Assembly (NCBI GenBank): GCA_964637135.1
Contig: CAZWTX010000004.1
Coordinates: forward strand, 62,001 to 124,153
Reading direction: 5' to 3'
Source: an uncultured Methanospirillum sp.
GTDB taxonomy: Archaea > Halobacteriota > Methanomicrobia > Methanomicrobiales > Methanospirillaceae
Length of the DNA stretch: 62,153 bases
Positions 18,803 through 29,301 of the stretch are shown here, piece by piece; position 1 is the stretch's first letter; each line of letters starts with the position of its first letter. The notes beneath the pieces are model-generated. The model worked only from the letters and a program-made list of their open reading frames with translations. It did no database searches and was not told where the DNA came from. Both the position numbers and the translations under genes were made by a program.

Positions 18803-19481
18803 GGTTTCAACAATGCCTTTGAGGTAATTTGATAAACGGTATCCGTTCGTGGTAAGTTAAGGATTGGTGATGATTGATGACAGGGAGGTTCCTTCACTGA
18901 CCATCCTGTCTGATGGATTGTCCTTCAGGACAGTGGTATCCTGAATCAGATTCCTTGAAACCTGATGACATCAGGCACGATTCATGAATATATCCGTTTC
19001 ATGTGTATATCCCCGATCCAAGGAAGTTCCAGATTGTACCTGAAGATAACAGCCGGCTCCCGGCTTTTCCATGTTCTCATTGGTCATAATATCTTGAAGA
19101 GTGCATGCAATCGGACTACTGAACAGGAATATATATATGGGATTAATTCAGAGATTTTTAAAATTGGGCAATAAATCCGGTAAAATAACAAATGCTATGT
19201 AATGTGGGTGGGTTGTGCCCGGTTAATCCATCCTGATAATACGCCTTGTTTATCTGTGTTTCAGGGAGGTACCATCCTGTCTTCCTGCATGATGCGCCTT
19301 CAGAGCGCTACCTTGGGTTTTCTGTTTCCGTGAGAGAGGCATGACGAGTCAGGAGGATCTACCGTGAAAAGAGGGTAATAGATGGATCGGGGATGGGAAG
19401 AAGGGATTCATCGCATCCCCGCATCCTGGTACCTGTTATCCCTGTTCATGCGGGAGCGGACTTCTGGTGTGTTGTACAGCG

Positions 19482-20633
19482 TTAATTGGTATAGTCCGAA
19501 CTTCCGAGTTTGGGGATAAAGGCGTTGTCTGTTTCAACCCTGATTGCATGTGAGAACAGGGCCAGGGGGATCTCCATGGGACAGAGTTCCTCACATTGCC
19601 CACAGTTGATACAACTGTCAGAGATATGGGCAAACCTGCGCAGATGGAACATCGGATCCGAGGGGAGGAATCCCGGGCGGACCATCATGGATGCATCTCT
19701 TCCTTCAAACGGAGTTGGTGAACAGACCGGGCATTTCTCGATGCATGAATAACACTTGATGCACCTTGATGTCTCCTGGTCTATCGTCTCCCAGAGGTTG
19801 TCCCTGAGGGCAGTGAAGTCATGTTTGCGCCATTTTTCTCCAAGCTTCAGCATGGCACCTTCGACTTTTCCCCGTATCTCGACTCCCTTTGGGGATGCCG
19901 CCTCAACTGCGACTTTCTTGTCCTTTACGGCTTTCGAAAGCAGGTCTGCTCCTTTCTCAGAACATACTTCTACAAAGGTTGCTTTACCGGCCTTGTCACC
20001 GATCACACCCCAGTTACCGCAGGCAAGATCAGCCTGCCGGGGAATTTTGTACTTACAACGGCGACAGTTGCTCCTCCGGCCAAAGCCTTCCTCTTCGAGT
20101 TCATCGACAGAAATTCCTTTGTGACCACCTTCATACTCGATGATGAACTGGCCCTTGTCGATCTCTTCCTTGTGGACTTTATCAGGATCGACACCGTACT
20201 TCGCCCGGATCATCTTCCGTGCTACGATTGGATTGACCGATCCTCCACAGTTTACCCCGATGGTAAGGATGTTTTTCAGGTTGACATCATTCCGCTTTGC
20301 TTCTTCAAGAAGGCCCATCAGGTCGCAGCCTTTGACCACAACTCCGATCTTTTTCTTTTTCGCCCCGTCCAGGTAGTTTTTGATGAACGTGGAGAGAAGC
20401 AGGGTTCCACAGTGAAGTGAACCGGCGGTCCTGTCAAGTTCCTTTGCGTCGGTGATAGCCACCGGGACAGCATCATAGATATCATGCCCTTTCTTTACGG
20501 CAACAACAGCATCCACTATCTTGTTCTCAAGGGCATATTTCAGAAGGGCTGTTACGGCACCCCCGCATTCGGCCTTTCCTGCCAGCTTGCTGTCAGTGGT
20601 CCATGCATAGAGGAGATCTCCTTTTGCTGCCAT
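19482..20633 (-). CDS. fdhB: F420-dependent formate dehydrogenase beta subunit, copy 2
   Basis: AECGGAVT, GSLHCG, RRSNCRRC, ADLACGNWG, SCINCGQCEELCP. Confidence 0.93.
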   Translation of the reverse strand: MAAKGDLLYAWTTDSKLAGKAECGGAVTALLKYALENKIVDAVVAVKKGHDIYDAVPVAITDAKELDRTAGSLHCGTLLLSTFIKNYLDGAKKKKIGVVVKGCDLMGLLEEAKRNDVNLKNILTIGVNCGGSVNPIVARKMIRAKYGVDPDKVHKEEIDKGQFIIEYEGGHKGISVDELEEEGFGRRSNCRRCKYKIPRQADLACGNWGVIGDKAGKATFVEVCSEKGADLLSKAVKDKKVAVEAASPKGVEIRGKVEGAMLKLGEKWRKHDFTALRDNLWETIDQETSRCIKCYSCIEKCPVCSPTPFEGRDASMMVRPGFLPSDPMFHLRRFAHISDSCINCGQCEELCPMEIPLALFSHAIRVETDNAFIPKLGSSDYTN

Positions 20634-20634
20634 A

Positions 20635-22707
20635 TTATTTCCCTCCTGATATCTTCGCTACCGAAACAGCACAATGCTTGAGTTCTGGCATCTTTGAGAG
20701 CGGATCAAGTGCCGTATTGGTCAGGTTGTTGACCCCTTCGTTGAAGTGCATGGTCATGTAGAGATTGCCCTTGCCGATCTCATCGGTGACCCGTGCGATG
20801 GTTTCAGTCTGGCCACGGCGGCTCTTTAGAAGGATCTTCTCTCCCTCGGCGATTTTCAGGCGCTTTGCATCATCCGTGTTGATCTGCACGTATGAGGCCG
20901 GGACTTCGTAATGGAGGGCTGCACACCGGTCGGTCTGGGTCCGCGAGTGGTAATGGAAGATAAGACGGCCGGTCATCAGCGTGAACGGGTACTCCTTGTC
21001 TGCAACCTCTGCCGGGGGCCGGTATTCAAGGCCGAAGAGGTTACCTTTCCCGTCAGCGGTACCAAACTTCTCCATGTGGAGAATGGGTGTCCCGGGGTGT
21101 TCGATTGTCGGGCATGGCCAGACGATGGATTCGGGCTTTTCCAGTTTCTCATAGGTTGCTCCGAACATGTTCGGTGTGCACGCCCGCATATCATCCCAGA
21201 CATCCTTCGCGGTCGGAAGATCAAAGCCCTTCAGCCCCATCTTCTTTGCGAGTTCTGAAAAGATCCAGATGTCTTCCTTTGCCTTACCTGGCGGATTCAC
21301 TGCTTTCCTGACCCGGTTGATACGGCGTTCTCCACTGGTGAATGTTCCATCTTTCTCAGCGAAACAGGCTCCCGGGAGGATAACGTCTGCATAGTTGCAG
21401 GTTTCAGTGAAGAAGATATCCTGAACAACCAGGAAATCCAGTTTTTCAAGTTGCTTTTTCACGTGGTTTGAATTTGGGTATGTCACGACAGGATTGAGAC
21501 CGAGGATGTACATCGCCTTGATCTCATCACCACACTGATTGATCTGCTCGGTGAGCGTGACCCCGTACCAGTCGGGCAGCCCGGTAATCTCCCAGGCTTT
21601 CTCCATTTTAGCCCTGTTCTCGGCAACCTCGCATTTCTGATACCCTGAGTAGACATTTGGATATGCACCCATGTCACAGGCACCCTGCACGTTGTTCTGT
21701 CCACGAAGGGGATTGACTCCGACACCCGGGCGGCCGACGTTGCCGGTCAGCAGGGCAAGATTACCCATCGAACGGACGTTGTCTGTACCGGTGGTCAGTT
21801 CGGTTATTCCAAGACAGTAGATAATGACTGCATTCTTGGCTTCTGCATACTTAAAAGCGAGTTCCTTTACAACAGATGTGGGAACACCGGTAATCTTCTC
21901 AACATCAGCGTATTTCTCAACCGTCTTCTTGAGTTCGTCAAATCCGTTGACCCGTTCACTGATGAACTTTTTGTCGTGCTTGCCTTCCTTGATGATCCAG
22001 TACATCATCGAGTTTGCAAGGGCGATATGGGTTGAAGGATTAAACTGGATCCACTTGTCAGCAATCTTTGCTGTGGTAGAAAGTCGTGGATCGACGGCAC
22101 AGATGGGAATTCCCTTCAGTTTAGCCTGGACAAGACGCCGGCCGGCAAGCGGATGGGCTTCAAGGGCATTTGATCCCCAGACCAGGATAAAATCAGAATT
22201 CAGTGCATCCTCAAATCCGTTTGTTGCTGCACCTGAACCGAAAGAGAGAGAGAGACCGGCGACGGACGGACCGTGGCAAATACGGGCACAGTTGTCCACG
22301 TTATTGGTTTTAAAACCAACCCTGGCGAATTTCTGCATGATATAGCAGTCTTCATTCACCGTTCTGCACGAGACCTGGAACCCGAATCCCTTTGGTCCGT
22401 GCTTGTCGCTCGTCTCCTTGAGTTTCTTTGCAACAAGATCCAGGGCATCATCCCAGGACGCTTCGACAAATTTACCGTTCTTTTTGATGAGCGGGGTTGT
22501 CAGTCTGTCTGGACTATGCACCGGTTCCCAGCAGGTTACTCCTTTCGGACAGAGTTTCCCTTCGTTGATCGGGCTTCTTTTACAGGGTTCGACACCCACA
22601 ACCTTCTCATTTTTTACCACGAGGTTCAGGGTACAACCCACCCCGCAATAGGGGCAGGTTGTCCGAACGTATTGTATCAATCCATCAGGATCAGTTTTCA
22701 TCTGCAT
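20635..22707 (-). CDS. fdhA: Formate dehydrogenase alpha subunit (Cys-type), copy 2
   Basis: CPYCGVGC, LCPKG, CARICH, PLRGQNNVQGACDMG. Confidence 0.95.
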   Translation of the reverse strand: MQMKTDPDGLIQYVRTTCPYCGVGCTLNLVVKNEKVVGVEPCKRSPINEGKLCPKGVTCWEPVHSPDRLTTPLIKKNGKFVEASWDDALDLVAKKLKETSDKHGPKGFGFQVSCRTVNEDCYIMQKFARVGFKTNNVDNCARICHGPSVAGLSLSFGSGAATNGFEDALNSDFILVWGSNALEAHPLAGRRLVQAKLKGIPICAVDPRLSTTAKIADKWIQFNPSTHIALANSMMYWIIKEGKHDKKFISERVNGFDELKKTVEKYADVEKITGVPTSVVKELAFKYAEAKNAVIIYCLGITELTTGTDNVRSMGNLALLTGNVGRPGVGVNPLRGQNNVQGACDMGAYPNVYSGYQKCEVAENRAKMEKAWEITGLPDWYGVTLTEQINQCGDEIKAMYILGLNPVVTYPNSNHVKKQLEKLDFLVVQDIFFTETCNYADVILPGACFAEKDGTFTSGERRINRVRKAVNPPGKAKEDIWIFSELAKKMGLKGFDLPTAKDVWDDMRACTPNMFGATYEKLEKPESIVWPCPTIEHPGTPILHMEKFGTADGKGNLFGLEYRPPAEVADKEYPFTLMTGRLIFHYHSRTQTDRCAALHYEVPASYVQINTDDAKRLKIAEGEKILLKSRRGQTETIARVTDEIGKGNLYMTMHFNEGVNNLTNTALDPLSKMPELKHCAVSVAKISGGK

Positions 22708-23494
22708 TCTCCGAGTTCTTCATACAAGCGGAAAGGCACCATGGGCACCTTAGCTCACCATCTGTTCTCGATTTATCTCAAGCCTAGGTGAATTTCCCGT
22801 TATTCACACACGGCACGATTTCCCGGGGAAAAATCCTGTGCAAAGGCTGAATGGACAGGATCCCGTACGGTGATCTGATAAATGAATCTGGTCAATTCGA
22901 ACAAATGACGAGCATAACAGGACTTTATAAGAGAAGGTGATATATTTACCGAAATTCAGTTTAAAAGGCAATAATAGGGAATTTTTTACTCGGACAGAAT
23001 TGTAACTAAAACAAGTTTCCCTCTGCCATCTGGTATGTGTTTAGAATGGGGCCTTATCGGGCTGACTGGTGAGAAATCCGGCGGTCAAAAGGTATTCACG
23101 CAAAAGAACGAAAGGACAGGTAGTGCGCTATACCGGATCATGGGAATTGTATATGAGAGGGAAAGATTCCCTCCCTCTGTTTCCGCTTGTATGTTACCTG
23201 ACCTCGGGAAAGATCAGATAAACCGGAGATTAATGCTCGGCTTTTCCCAAGATTAACTGGTGAGAAAGTGAGCAAAAGAAGGTTATCCGGGTAGTATTTA
23301 TTTTCATTATATGAGGTGGCCACAATGCAAATGATTATATTCTCCAGTCGAAATTCCCCGGGATCGGTTTATTTCAATAATTGAGCATAATAATGGTGTT
23401 ATAGGGATAAGTCGGTTTGAGTCTAACATAAGGACCATGAGGTACATATCTGTACTGAGCTAAATTATGGATACCTGGGAGGAAATTACACTAC

Positions 23495-24043
23495 ATGGAT
23501 GAATACGGCCGAAAAACGATCCATCTCGTATTCGGGCTGCTCATTGCCGGGTTGATCTGTCTTCTCTCCCGGACAGACATGGTATTCATCCTTTCAGCCG
23601 GACTGCTCGGAGGATGCATTATTATAGATCTCCTGATGAAAGGGACGCATATCCCTCTCATTAGTCTCCTTATCCAGCAATTTGAACGGGATGAGGTTTT
23701 TCCTGGAAAAGGGACGGTTTTTTTCATCATTTCTGCCCTTTTCGTCACCCTTTTCTTTCCTGCCCGGGATGCAGCATGCAGTATTTTTGTCCTTGCGGTC
23801 CTGGATGGGATTGCTACAATAATCGGCATTCGATATGGGAGAATCCGGATTGCTAATCATAAATCACTGGAAGGAAGTGGTGCTGCTGTCTGTGTCACCT
23901 TCTTTCTTCTCCTGTTCTGGTTTACTCCTGAAACTGCCCTGATATTATCAGTAATTGCAGGAATTGTAGAATTATACAGCCCGTTCGATGACAACCTGGT
24001 CATCCCGGTGATCACTGCCGTTCTCCTTGGAATTCTTCCCTGA
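23495..24043 (+). CDS. Polyprenol/phytol/dolichol kinase-family (CTP-dependent) membrane protein
   Basis: RKTIHL, DGIATIIG..YG, KSLEGS, DDNLVIP. Confidence 0.8.
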   Translation: MDEYGRKTIHLVFGLLIAGLICLLSRTDMVFILSAGLLGGCIIIDLLMKGTHIPLISLLIQQFERDEVFPGKGTVFFIISALFVTLFFPARDAACSIFVLAVLDGIATIIGIRYGRIRIANHKSLEGSGAAVCVTFFLLLFWFTPETALILSVIAGIVELYSPFDDNLVIPVITAVLLGILP

Positions 24044-24128
24044 AAAAAGGCGGCTCCTCGTGATGGAGGGGAAGTAATCCTTCCCCGCATTGTGAGATGA
24101 AAAAAACTGCTTTCTGCTATAGTGAGAA

Positions 24129-24623
24129 CTATTTCAGTTTCCGGATTAGGACCCCGTTGACGATGGGATCACCAGCGACAATATACCGGCGGATCACCTG
24201 GCCATAAACCTCCACGATATCATCTTTTCGTATGTCGGTTGTGGGGGCGGTGAACATCTTGACTGGAACAACGCCGGTTTTATCAGCCACGATGAAATGA
24301 GGCCTGTTCAGGTACCGGAATCGTACTTCTTCAACAAGACCTTCGATCCGTACCGGTTTTCCAACCATCTTCTCGGAAATATCACGGATCTTTAGATTTT
24401 TTGCACTCTCCTCGTAGATCGGGGTGAGATCCGCATACTCCTTCTGTGACATCCAAGTCAGTGCCATGGGGATGAGAAGGAGGAGAACAAGCGAAGGCAG
24501 GGCCCATATCAGAATCCCGCTGTTGCCGGTTAATATGATATATACCAGCAGAAGAACACCAAAAAAACCGAAGACAAGGAGATGCAGGATCGATGGTCTC
24601 ATCTGTAGAGATTGTATCTGCAT
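24129..24623 (-). CDS. Membrane-anchored OB-fold protein
   Basis: Two TM helices, then GKPVRIEG.V...F.VADKTG.V.V...D.VEVYG.V; 17 nt after fdhC. Confidence 0.75.
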   Translation of the reverse strand: MQIQSLQMRPSILHLLVFGFFGVLLLVYIILTGNSGILIWALPSLVLLLLIPMALTWMSQKEYADLTPIYEESAKNLKIRDISEKMVGKPVRIEGLVEEVRFRYLNRPHFIVADKTGVVPVKMFTAPTTDIRKDDIVEVYGQVIRRYIVAGDPIVNGVLIRKLK

Positions 24624-24640
24624 GAGAAAAAAAGGGGGGG

Positions 24641-25513
24641 TTACTCGAGTGCTTCAATCTCTTTCTTGAAGGCGATCCAGTAGATTAAACCAACAAAGAG
24701 CAGTCCGCCGACGATGTTGCCAATGGTGACGATAATAATGTTATTCGTCCACATTGTAACCCAGTTCAGGGTCGCCAGTTTTTCTGCTGTTATCGTTGCC
24801 ACCTGGTCTGCATTCAGGTATCCCGCGGTCATGATCCCCGCAGGGATGAAGTACATGTTTGCGACACAGTGTTCAAACCCGGATGAGACGAAAGCCATGA
24901 TCGGGAACCAGATTCCGAAAAATTTGCCAATCAGGTCATCCGCACAGATACCCAGGAGAATTGCAAGGTTTACAAGCCAGTTACAGCCAATTCCCTTGAG
25001 GAATGCAGACCACATGCCTGCGGCACCAACATAACTGACCTTTCCGATCGCAATTTTGACGGCAGTTATCCCGAAGGCATTTACCGTCGCAGCACCAGCT
25101 GCATTAAAAGCAACAAACGGACCGTTTGCCATGATATAGGCATAGAATACCGAGCCGATGATATTCCCTATATAAACCCATATCCAGAGATTCAGGACAC
25201 TGCCCCAGCTGACCTTGTGAATAAAGGCGGCAAGGGGTGCCAGCATGGCGTCACCGGTAAAGAGTTCCGCACCGGTCAGTACGGTGATAATAAGTCCGAC
25301 AGGGAAAACAGATCCCAGAATGAGTCTGCCAAAGCCGTCACCAAGGGCATCTGCAACCCCGGTAGAACAGACGGTGGCGAGGGCACCTCCCATGGCGATA
25401 TAAGCTCCGGACATAAAGCCACGAAGGACCATGTTCCACCATTCTAATCCTGTCTTATACTTTCCTGCACCAGCGCCTTTGGCGATAATTTGTACGGGTG
25501 GATGAAATACCAT
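24641..25513 (-). CDS. fdhC: Formate/nitrite transporter (FNT) FdhC
   Basis: GAELFTG, GIGCNWLVNLA, GFEHCVANMYF, GNIVGG. Confidence 0.93.
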   Translation of the reverse strand: MVFHPPVQIIAKGAGAGKYKTGLEWWNMVLRGFMSGAYIAMGGALATVCSTGVADALGDGFGRLILGSVFPVGLIITVLTGAELFTGDAMLAPLAAFIHKVSWGSVLNLWIWVYIGNIIGSVFYAYIMANGPFVAFNAAGAATVNAFGITAVKIAIGKVSYVGAAGMWSAFLKGIGCNWLVNLAILLGICADDLIGKFFGIWFPIMAFVSSGFEHCVANMYFIPAGIMTAGYLNADQVATITAEKLATLNWVTMWTNNIIIVTIGNIVGGLLFVGLIYWIAFKKEIEALE

Positions 25514-25707
25514 TGTTTGCTACACCTTCACGAGATTTGCCTAACCAAAAACCACACACGCTTGGTAGGCTTAAAGAATAAGTATTTTGTGTAAGTATTA
25601 AACACTTTTGAATTCAATTGAGTGCACAATTGGGCTATGTTTTTCTTTTAGGCATCAATTCAATGATTTTTCTTCCGGCTCATATAACCGATCCGGTTTG
25701 AAGGCGA

Positions 25708-26121
25708 TTGCAACTGACTTCCGGGGATATATCTTTTATATTCAATGGGATTCCCACTCTAATCAGGTGCATGATTCTGATTTTACTCTCATCGTTCATC
25801 GGAAATAATCTCCTTGAAAGGATTTTATCCGCATTGATCCTCATCAGTTCTCTTGGCGGCCTGTTTCTCGGATATATTCTCTTCCTGATGGGCCTGGTCC
25901 CCGACCCCGGTGCATTTTTCTTCGGATGCATCCTTGCTTCCTGTGTTATGGCAGTTCTGGCATTAAAAAAGCCGAAATTCGATATCGTTTCTGCAATAAC
26001 TCCCGTATATGCAGGAATCATCTTCTATGGTATGGGTATCAGTCCATCTGTCCTCTTACAGATCCTCTATATCGGAACCCTGGTGGTATTGCTTGTGAGA
26101 ATGCATACACGATTCAGCTGA
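25708..26121 (+). CDS. Hypothetical membrane protein (start uncertain)
   Basis: Four to five hydrophobic segments filling the intergenic gap. Confidence 0.55.
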   Translation: MQLTSGDISFIFNGIPTLIRCMILILLSSFIGNNLLERILSALILISSLGGLFLGYILFLMGLVPDPGAFFFGCILASCVMAVLALKKPKFDIVSAITPVYAGIIFYGMGISPSVLLQILYIGTLVVLLVRMHTRFS

Positions 26122-26314
26122 TCCTGGTACCCGGCTCCGGACTCATCCTCACCGGGCCCAGGAAAACCCATGAAACAGTACCCTGAATCCTGTGGTGATT
26201 TTATGAGGTTTTATCAGGGTTTTAGGTAAAAAATCCCGTCTTAACAGTTTTTGTACGGCGACACAAAAGCGAAGAGTTATTCTCAGGCCTGATCAACCAA
26301 GTGGTACATCAGCA

Positions 26315-26863
26315 ATGCGCCATATGATCCTCATTCCCCCGATTATTACCGACCTGGTATACCAGGCAGTCAGCGGGGTATCAGGGGTTCAGTTTATTGA
26401 TGCTATCCCGTGTAGCGCCTGCGGAACCCTTCCCGTCAGTCATGACCTGAAGCGAAGGCGGTTTTCTACTGTTCTAACACCGGAGGGTCCGAAGCACGTG
26501 TATGTGTATGTAAAACGGTTTTACTGCCCGGTATGCAGGAATCTCTGTTACGCACCCTCCCCGTTTTATGAGAAATCCCGTTTTGGATCTCCAATCGTTG
26601 ATCTCTGTATTGCGTTATCGCATGACTCATCGTACTCCCGGGCTGCCCTGCTGATGAACAGTCTCGGGATTGTTATCGATCGAGGCACCGTTCGCAAAAC
26701 GGTTCTCTCTCATGCCATCCCGGTAGAGTCCATGGACTTTTTCGGTTTCCAACTCCCCCGCTCACTTATCGATCTCTCTTCAGTCGTAACTTCGGCGGAT
26801 CCATCAGGTCTGATTGATGGCAGGGATGTCCTTAAAGCCTGTGGGTTTAGTCCGGAAGGATAA
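26315..26863 (+). CDS. Zinc-ribbon plus HTH-like hypothetical protein; paralogue of 6959-7498
   Basis: CSAC...RFYCPVC...PFY...FGSPIVDLC...GIVIDRGT. Confidence 0.8.
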   Translation: MRHMILIPPIITDLVYQAVSGVSGVQFIDAIPCSACGTLPVSHDLKRRRFSTVLTPEGPKHVYVYVKRFYCPVCRNLCYAPSPFYEKSRFGSPIVDLCIALSHDSSYSRAALLMNSLGIVIDRGTVRKTVLSHAIPVESMDFFGFQLPRSLIDLSSVVTSADPSGLIDGRDVLKACGFSPEG

Positions 26864-26941
26864 AGACAAGCCGTGACATTCTTTGGATCATTACAAAATA
26901 CTTATTTTTCAGCTCAGGCAACAAAAGAATGAGGACTATAC

Positions 26942-27829
26942 ATGGAACTGAACGGTGTACCGATTGACAACACGTTTGCCGAGGGTTTTCCAATCTGGAT
27001 CTCCCGAATAATCATTACTGCAGTAACCCGTGAATGGGCAATGACCGCTGCAACTGAAGCTACCGGGTTTGCAACTTCTGCGATTGGCTGTCCCTGTGAA
27101 GCAGGAATTGAGGGATATGTCAACGCAGATCAGACTCCTGACGGCCGTCCGGGTGTATCCATCCTGATCTGTGCTTCCAAGAAAAAAGTCCCTGAACAGG
27201 TCATGGAACGGATAGCCGAATGTGTTCTGACTGCAGCCACGACGTCTGTCTTTAACGGCATGCCGGATGCAGAAGAGAAATTCGACATCAAGATCCATTT
27301 CTTTGGAGACAAGTTTGAATCCAAGGTGGAAGTAGGCGGGAGACAGTGCTGGAAGATTCCGATTATGGAAGGTGACTACATCGGAGAGGAAGTCTTTGGG
27401 ATGATCAAGGGTGTTGCCGGTGGTAACTTCTTCGTGATGGGAGAAAACCAGATGGCTGCCCTTATGGGAGCAAAAGCAGCAGCAGATGCCATTCTTGAGG
27501 TTCCAGGAACGATCACCAGTTTTGCCGGAGGTATTGTTGCTTCCGGCTCAAAAGTCGGTTCAAAGAATTACAAGTTCCCGATTCCGGCAACGACCAACGA
27601 ACAGTACTGCCCCTCTATTCGGGAGAAGGTTCCTGACACCAAGGTTCCGGCAGGTATCAAATCCATCTATGAACTCGTGATCAACGGGGTGGACGAAGCC
27701 GCAATCAAGAAAGCCATGGCAGCAGGTATCAGGGCTGCCGTTACGGTTCCCGGAGTCAAGTTCATCAGTGCCGGTAACTATGAAGGAAAACTGGGACCTT
27801 TTAAATTCCAGCTGAAGGAACTCTTCTGA
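26942..27829 (+). CDS. ftr: Formylmethanofuran:H4MPT formyltransferase
   Basis: MELNGVPIDNTFAE, GFATSAIGCPCEAGIE, TPDGRPG, GVAGGN, SAGNY.GKLG. Confidence 0.96.
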   Translation: MELNGVPIDNTFAEGFPIWISRIIITAVTREWAMTAATEATGFATSAIGCPCEAGIEGYVNADQTPDGRPGVSILICASKKKVPEQVMERIAECVLTAATTSVFNGMPDAEEKFDIKIHFFGDKFESKVEVGGRQCWKIPIMEGDYIGEEVFGMIKGVAGGNFFVMGENQMAALMGAKAAADAILEVPGTITSFAGGIVASGSKVGSKNYKFPIPATTNEQYCPSIREKVPDTKVPAGIKSIYELVINGVDEAAIKKAMAAGIRAAVTVPGVKFISAGNYEGKLGPFKFQLKELF

Positions 27830-27979
27830 TCCTGCCATGACCACAGGATCAATCACGTTCTTATTTTTAATAATCCTGCCTGATATCCGACAGATCCAGA
27901 TTCAATTCTTACTCTAACCGCTCGTAGAAACAATTATACCTGCCAGGGTAAAGAGAACCATGTCAGTTCGGAGGTACCC

Positions 27980-28438
27980 ATGAAGAATGAAGAGTACAAA
28001 AAAATCCTCCTTGCCGCTATTGACAAGGAGGTTGAATCGTATGCATTCTATCGTGCCGTTTCAGAAAAAGTCGGAAACGGAGCCTTGAAGGTCATTTTTG
28101 CCGATCTCGCCGAACAGGAGAGCCTTCATCGCAGGACCCTGGAAGAGTACCTCGCCGGAGGAGCAAAAAAACAGATCACGTTTGATGAAGTCAAGGATTA
28201 CCATCTCTCTGACATGATCGAAAAGCCCAAGCCGTCGATCGATATGAAACCTCTCGAAGGGCTTCAACTCGCCATAAAAAGGGAAGAAGAAGCCATGGAG
28301 ATGTATCAGAAGTTTGCAGACGCGAGTGTGGACAAGGAACAGAAAGAGATCTTTCTGGAACTCTCCAAGATGGAACGAGGCCATAAAGCCCGGCTTGAGG
28401 ATATCTATACAAACGCTGCCTATGCAGAGGCCTGGTAG
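27980..28438 (+). CDS. Ferritin-like/rubrerythrin-family di-iron protein
   Basis: Duplicated AI..E......Y / E..H motifs. Confidence 0.85.
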   Translation: MKNEEYKKILLAAIDKEVESYAFYRAVSEKVGNGALKVIFADLAEQESLHRRTLEEYLAGGAKKQITFDEVKDYHLSDMIEKPKPSIDMKPLEGLQLAIKREEEAMEMYQKFADASVDKEQKEIFLELSKMERGHKARLEDIYTNAAYAEAW

Positions 28439-28625
28439 GAACAATCTGCCTTCATCTTCCCCGGCGGAAAGGTGAGGATTCGTAGGATGCAGATCCGGCT
28501 GGATTTTACCCTCCCGGTGAATGGGAACGGGTGTATCCAGCCGGGAAATTCAGATATACTGAACTGCCGGTTATACCTGAACCGGGCCGGTTCTGATGAA
28601 ATGCTGATTGGGCTGGCTTATTCTA

Positions 28626-29135
28626 CTATTCATTTTTATTCTGCCAGGCCCTGCAGAGGATGGGATCGGTGAACCTGATAATGTCGCTGCTTCCTGTAAG
28701 CGCAATATCTCCCAGGAAGATGACCGGGTATGAGATTTTTGTGGTATTGAACCGGTCCAGGTACTGGTTGAAGAGTTCCTCGTTCCTCGTGTCAATGGCA
28801 AGGTTGTGAAATCTGATGTTGACCTGTGGTTTTTTCCTGGCGTAATCCCGGAGATAGGTGAGCGAATCCCTGCATGACTGGCATTCATGATCATAGAAAT
28901 AGTCAAGGGCAATGACGGCTCCTGACGGGGCTACAGGTAATCGTTCAGCGGGAATACCGGGTATTGAGTCAGCAATGGTCTCTTTTAAAACTTCAGTTCC
29001 ATCCGGGAGGATGAGCGATGCTGATCCGGCATGAGCCAGGAAACATACCAGAAGAATCCTGTATAAAACATGAGGAACGAGTGCCCCTATTTGCCACTCG
29101 GGATATCCTGCCATGATAATTGGTGGGATCTTCAT
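28626..29135 (-). CDS. Exported thioredoxin-fold (CxxC) protein; start uncertain
   Basis: Hydrophobic leader, YFYDHECQSC, YPVIFLG. Confidence 0.6.
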   Translation of the reverse strand: MKIPPIIMAGYPEWQIGALVPHVLYRILLVCFLAHAGSASLILPDGTEVLKETIADSIPGIPAERLPVAPSGAVIALDYFYDHECQSCRDSLTYLRDYARKKPQVNIRFHNLAIDTRNEELFNQYLDRFNTTKISYPVIFLGDIALTGSSDIIRFTDPILCRAWQNKNE

Positions 29136-29301
29136 ACAGATACCGGTAACGGGATACCCATCCTGTAGCTGATAAACCGGATGAAAAAATCCTTCCAGAA
29201 TCCGGGAGTATCCACAGGGGCTGCCAGTATGGTAACATAAGCATTATCCGTGAGAACTTGGAGAGATCTCATATCAGGACCGGTATAGGAGTGAATCGAA
29301 G

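Noticed and set aside
3522..22707. Selenocysteine or pyrrolysine recoding in fdh genes
   Set aside because: Both FdhA have Cys at the active site (CARLCH, CARICH) and open frames with no internal stop.
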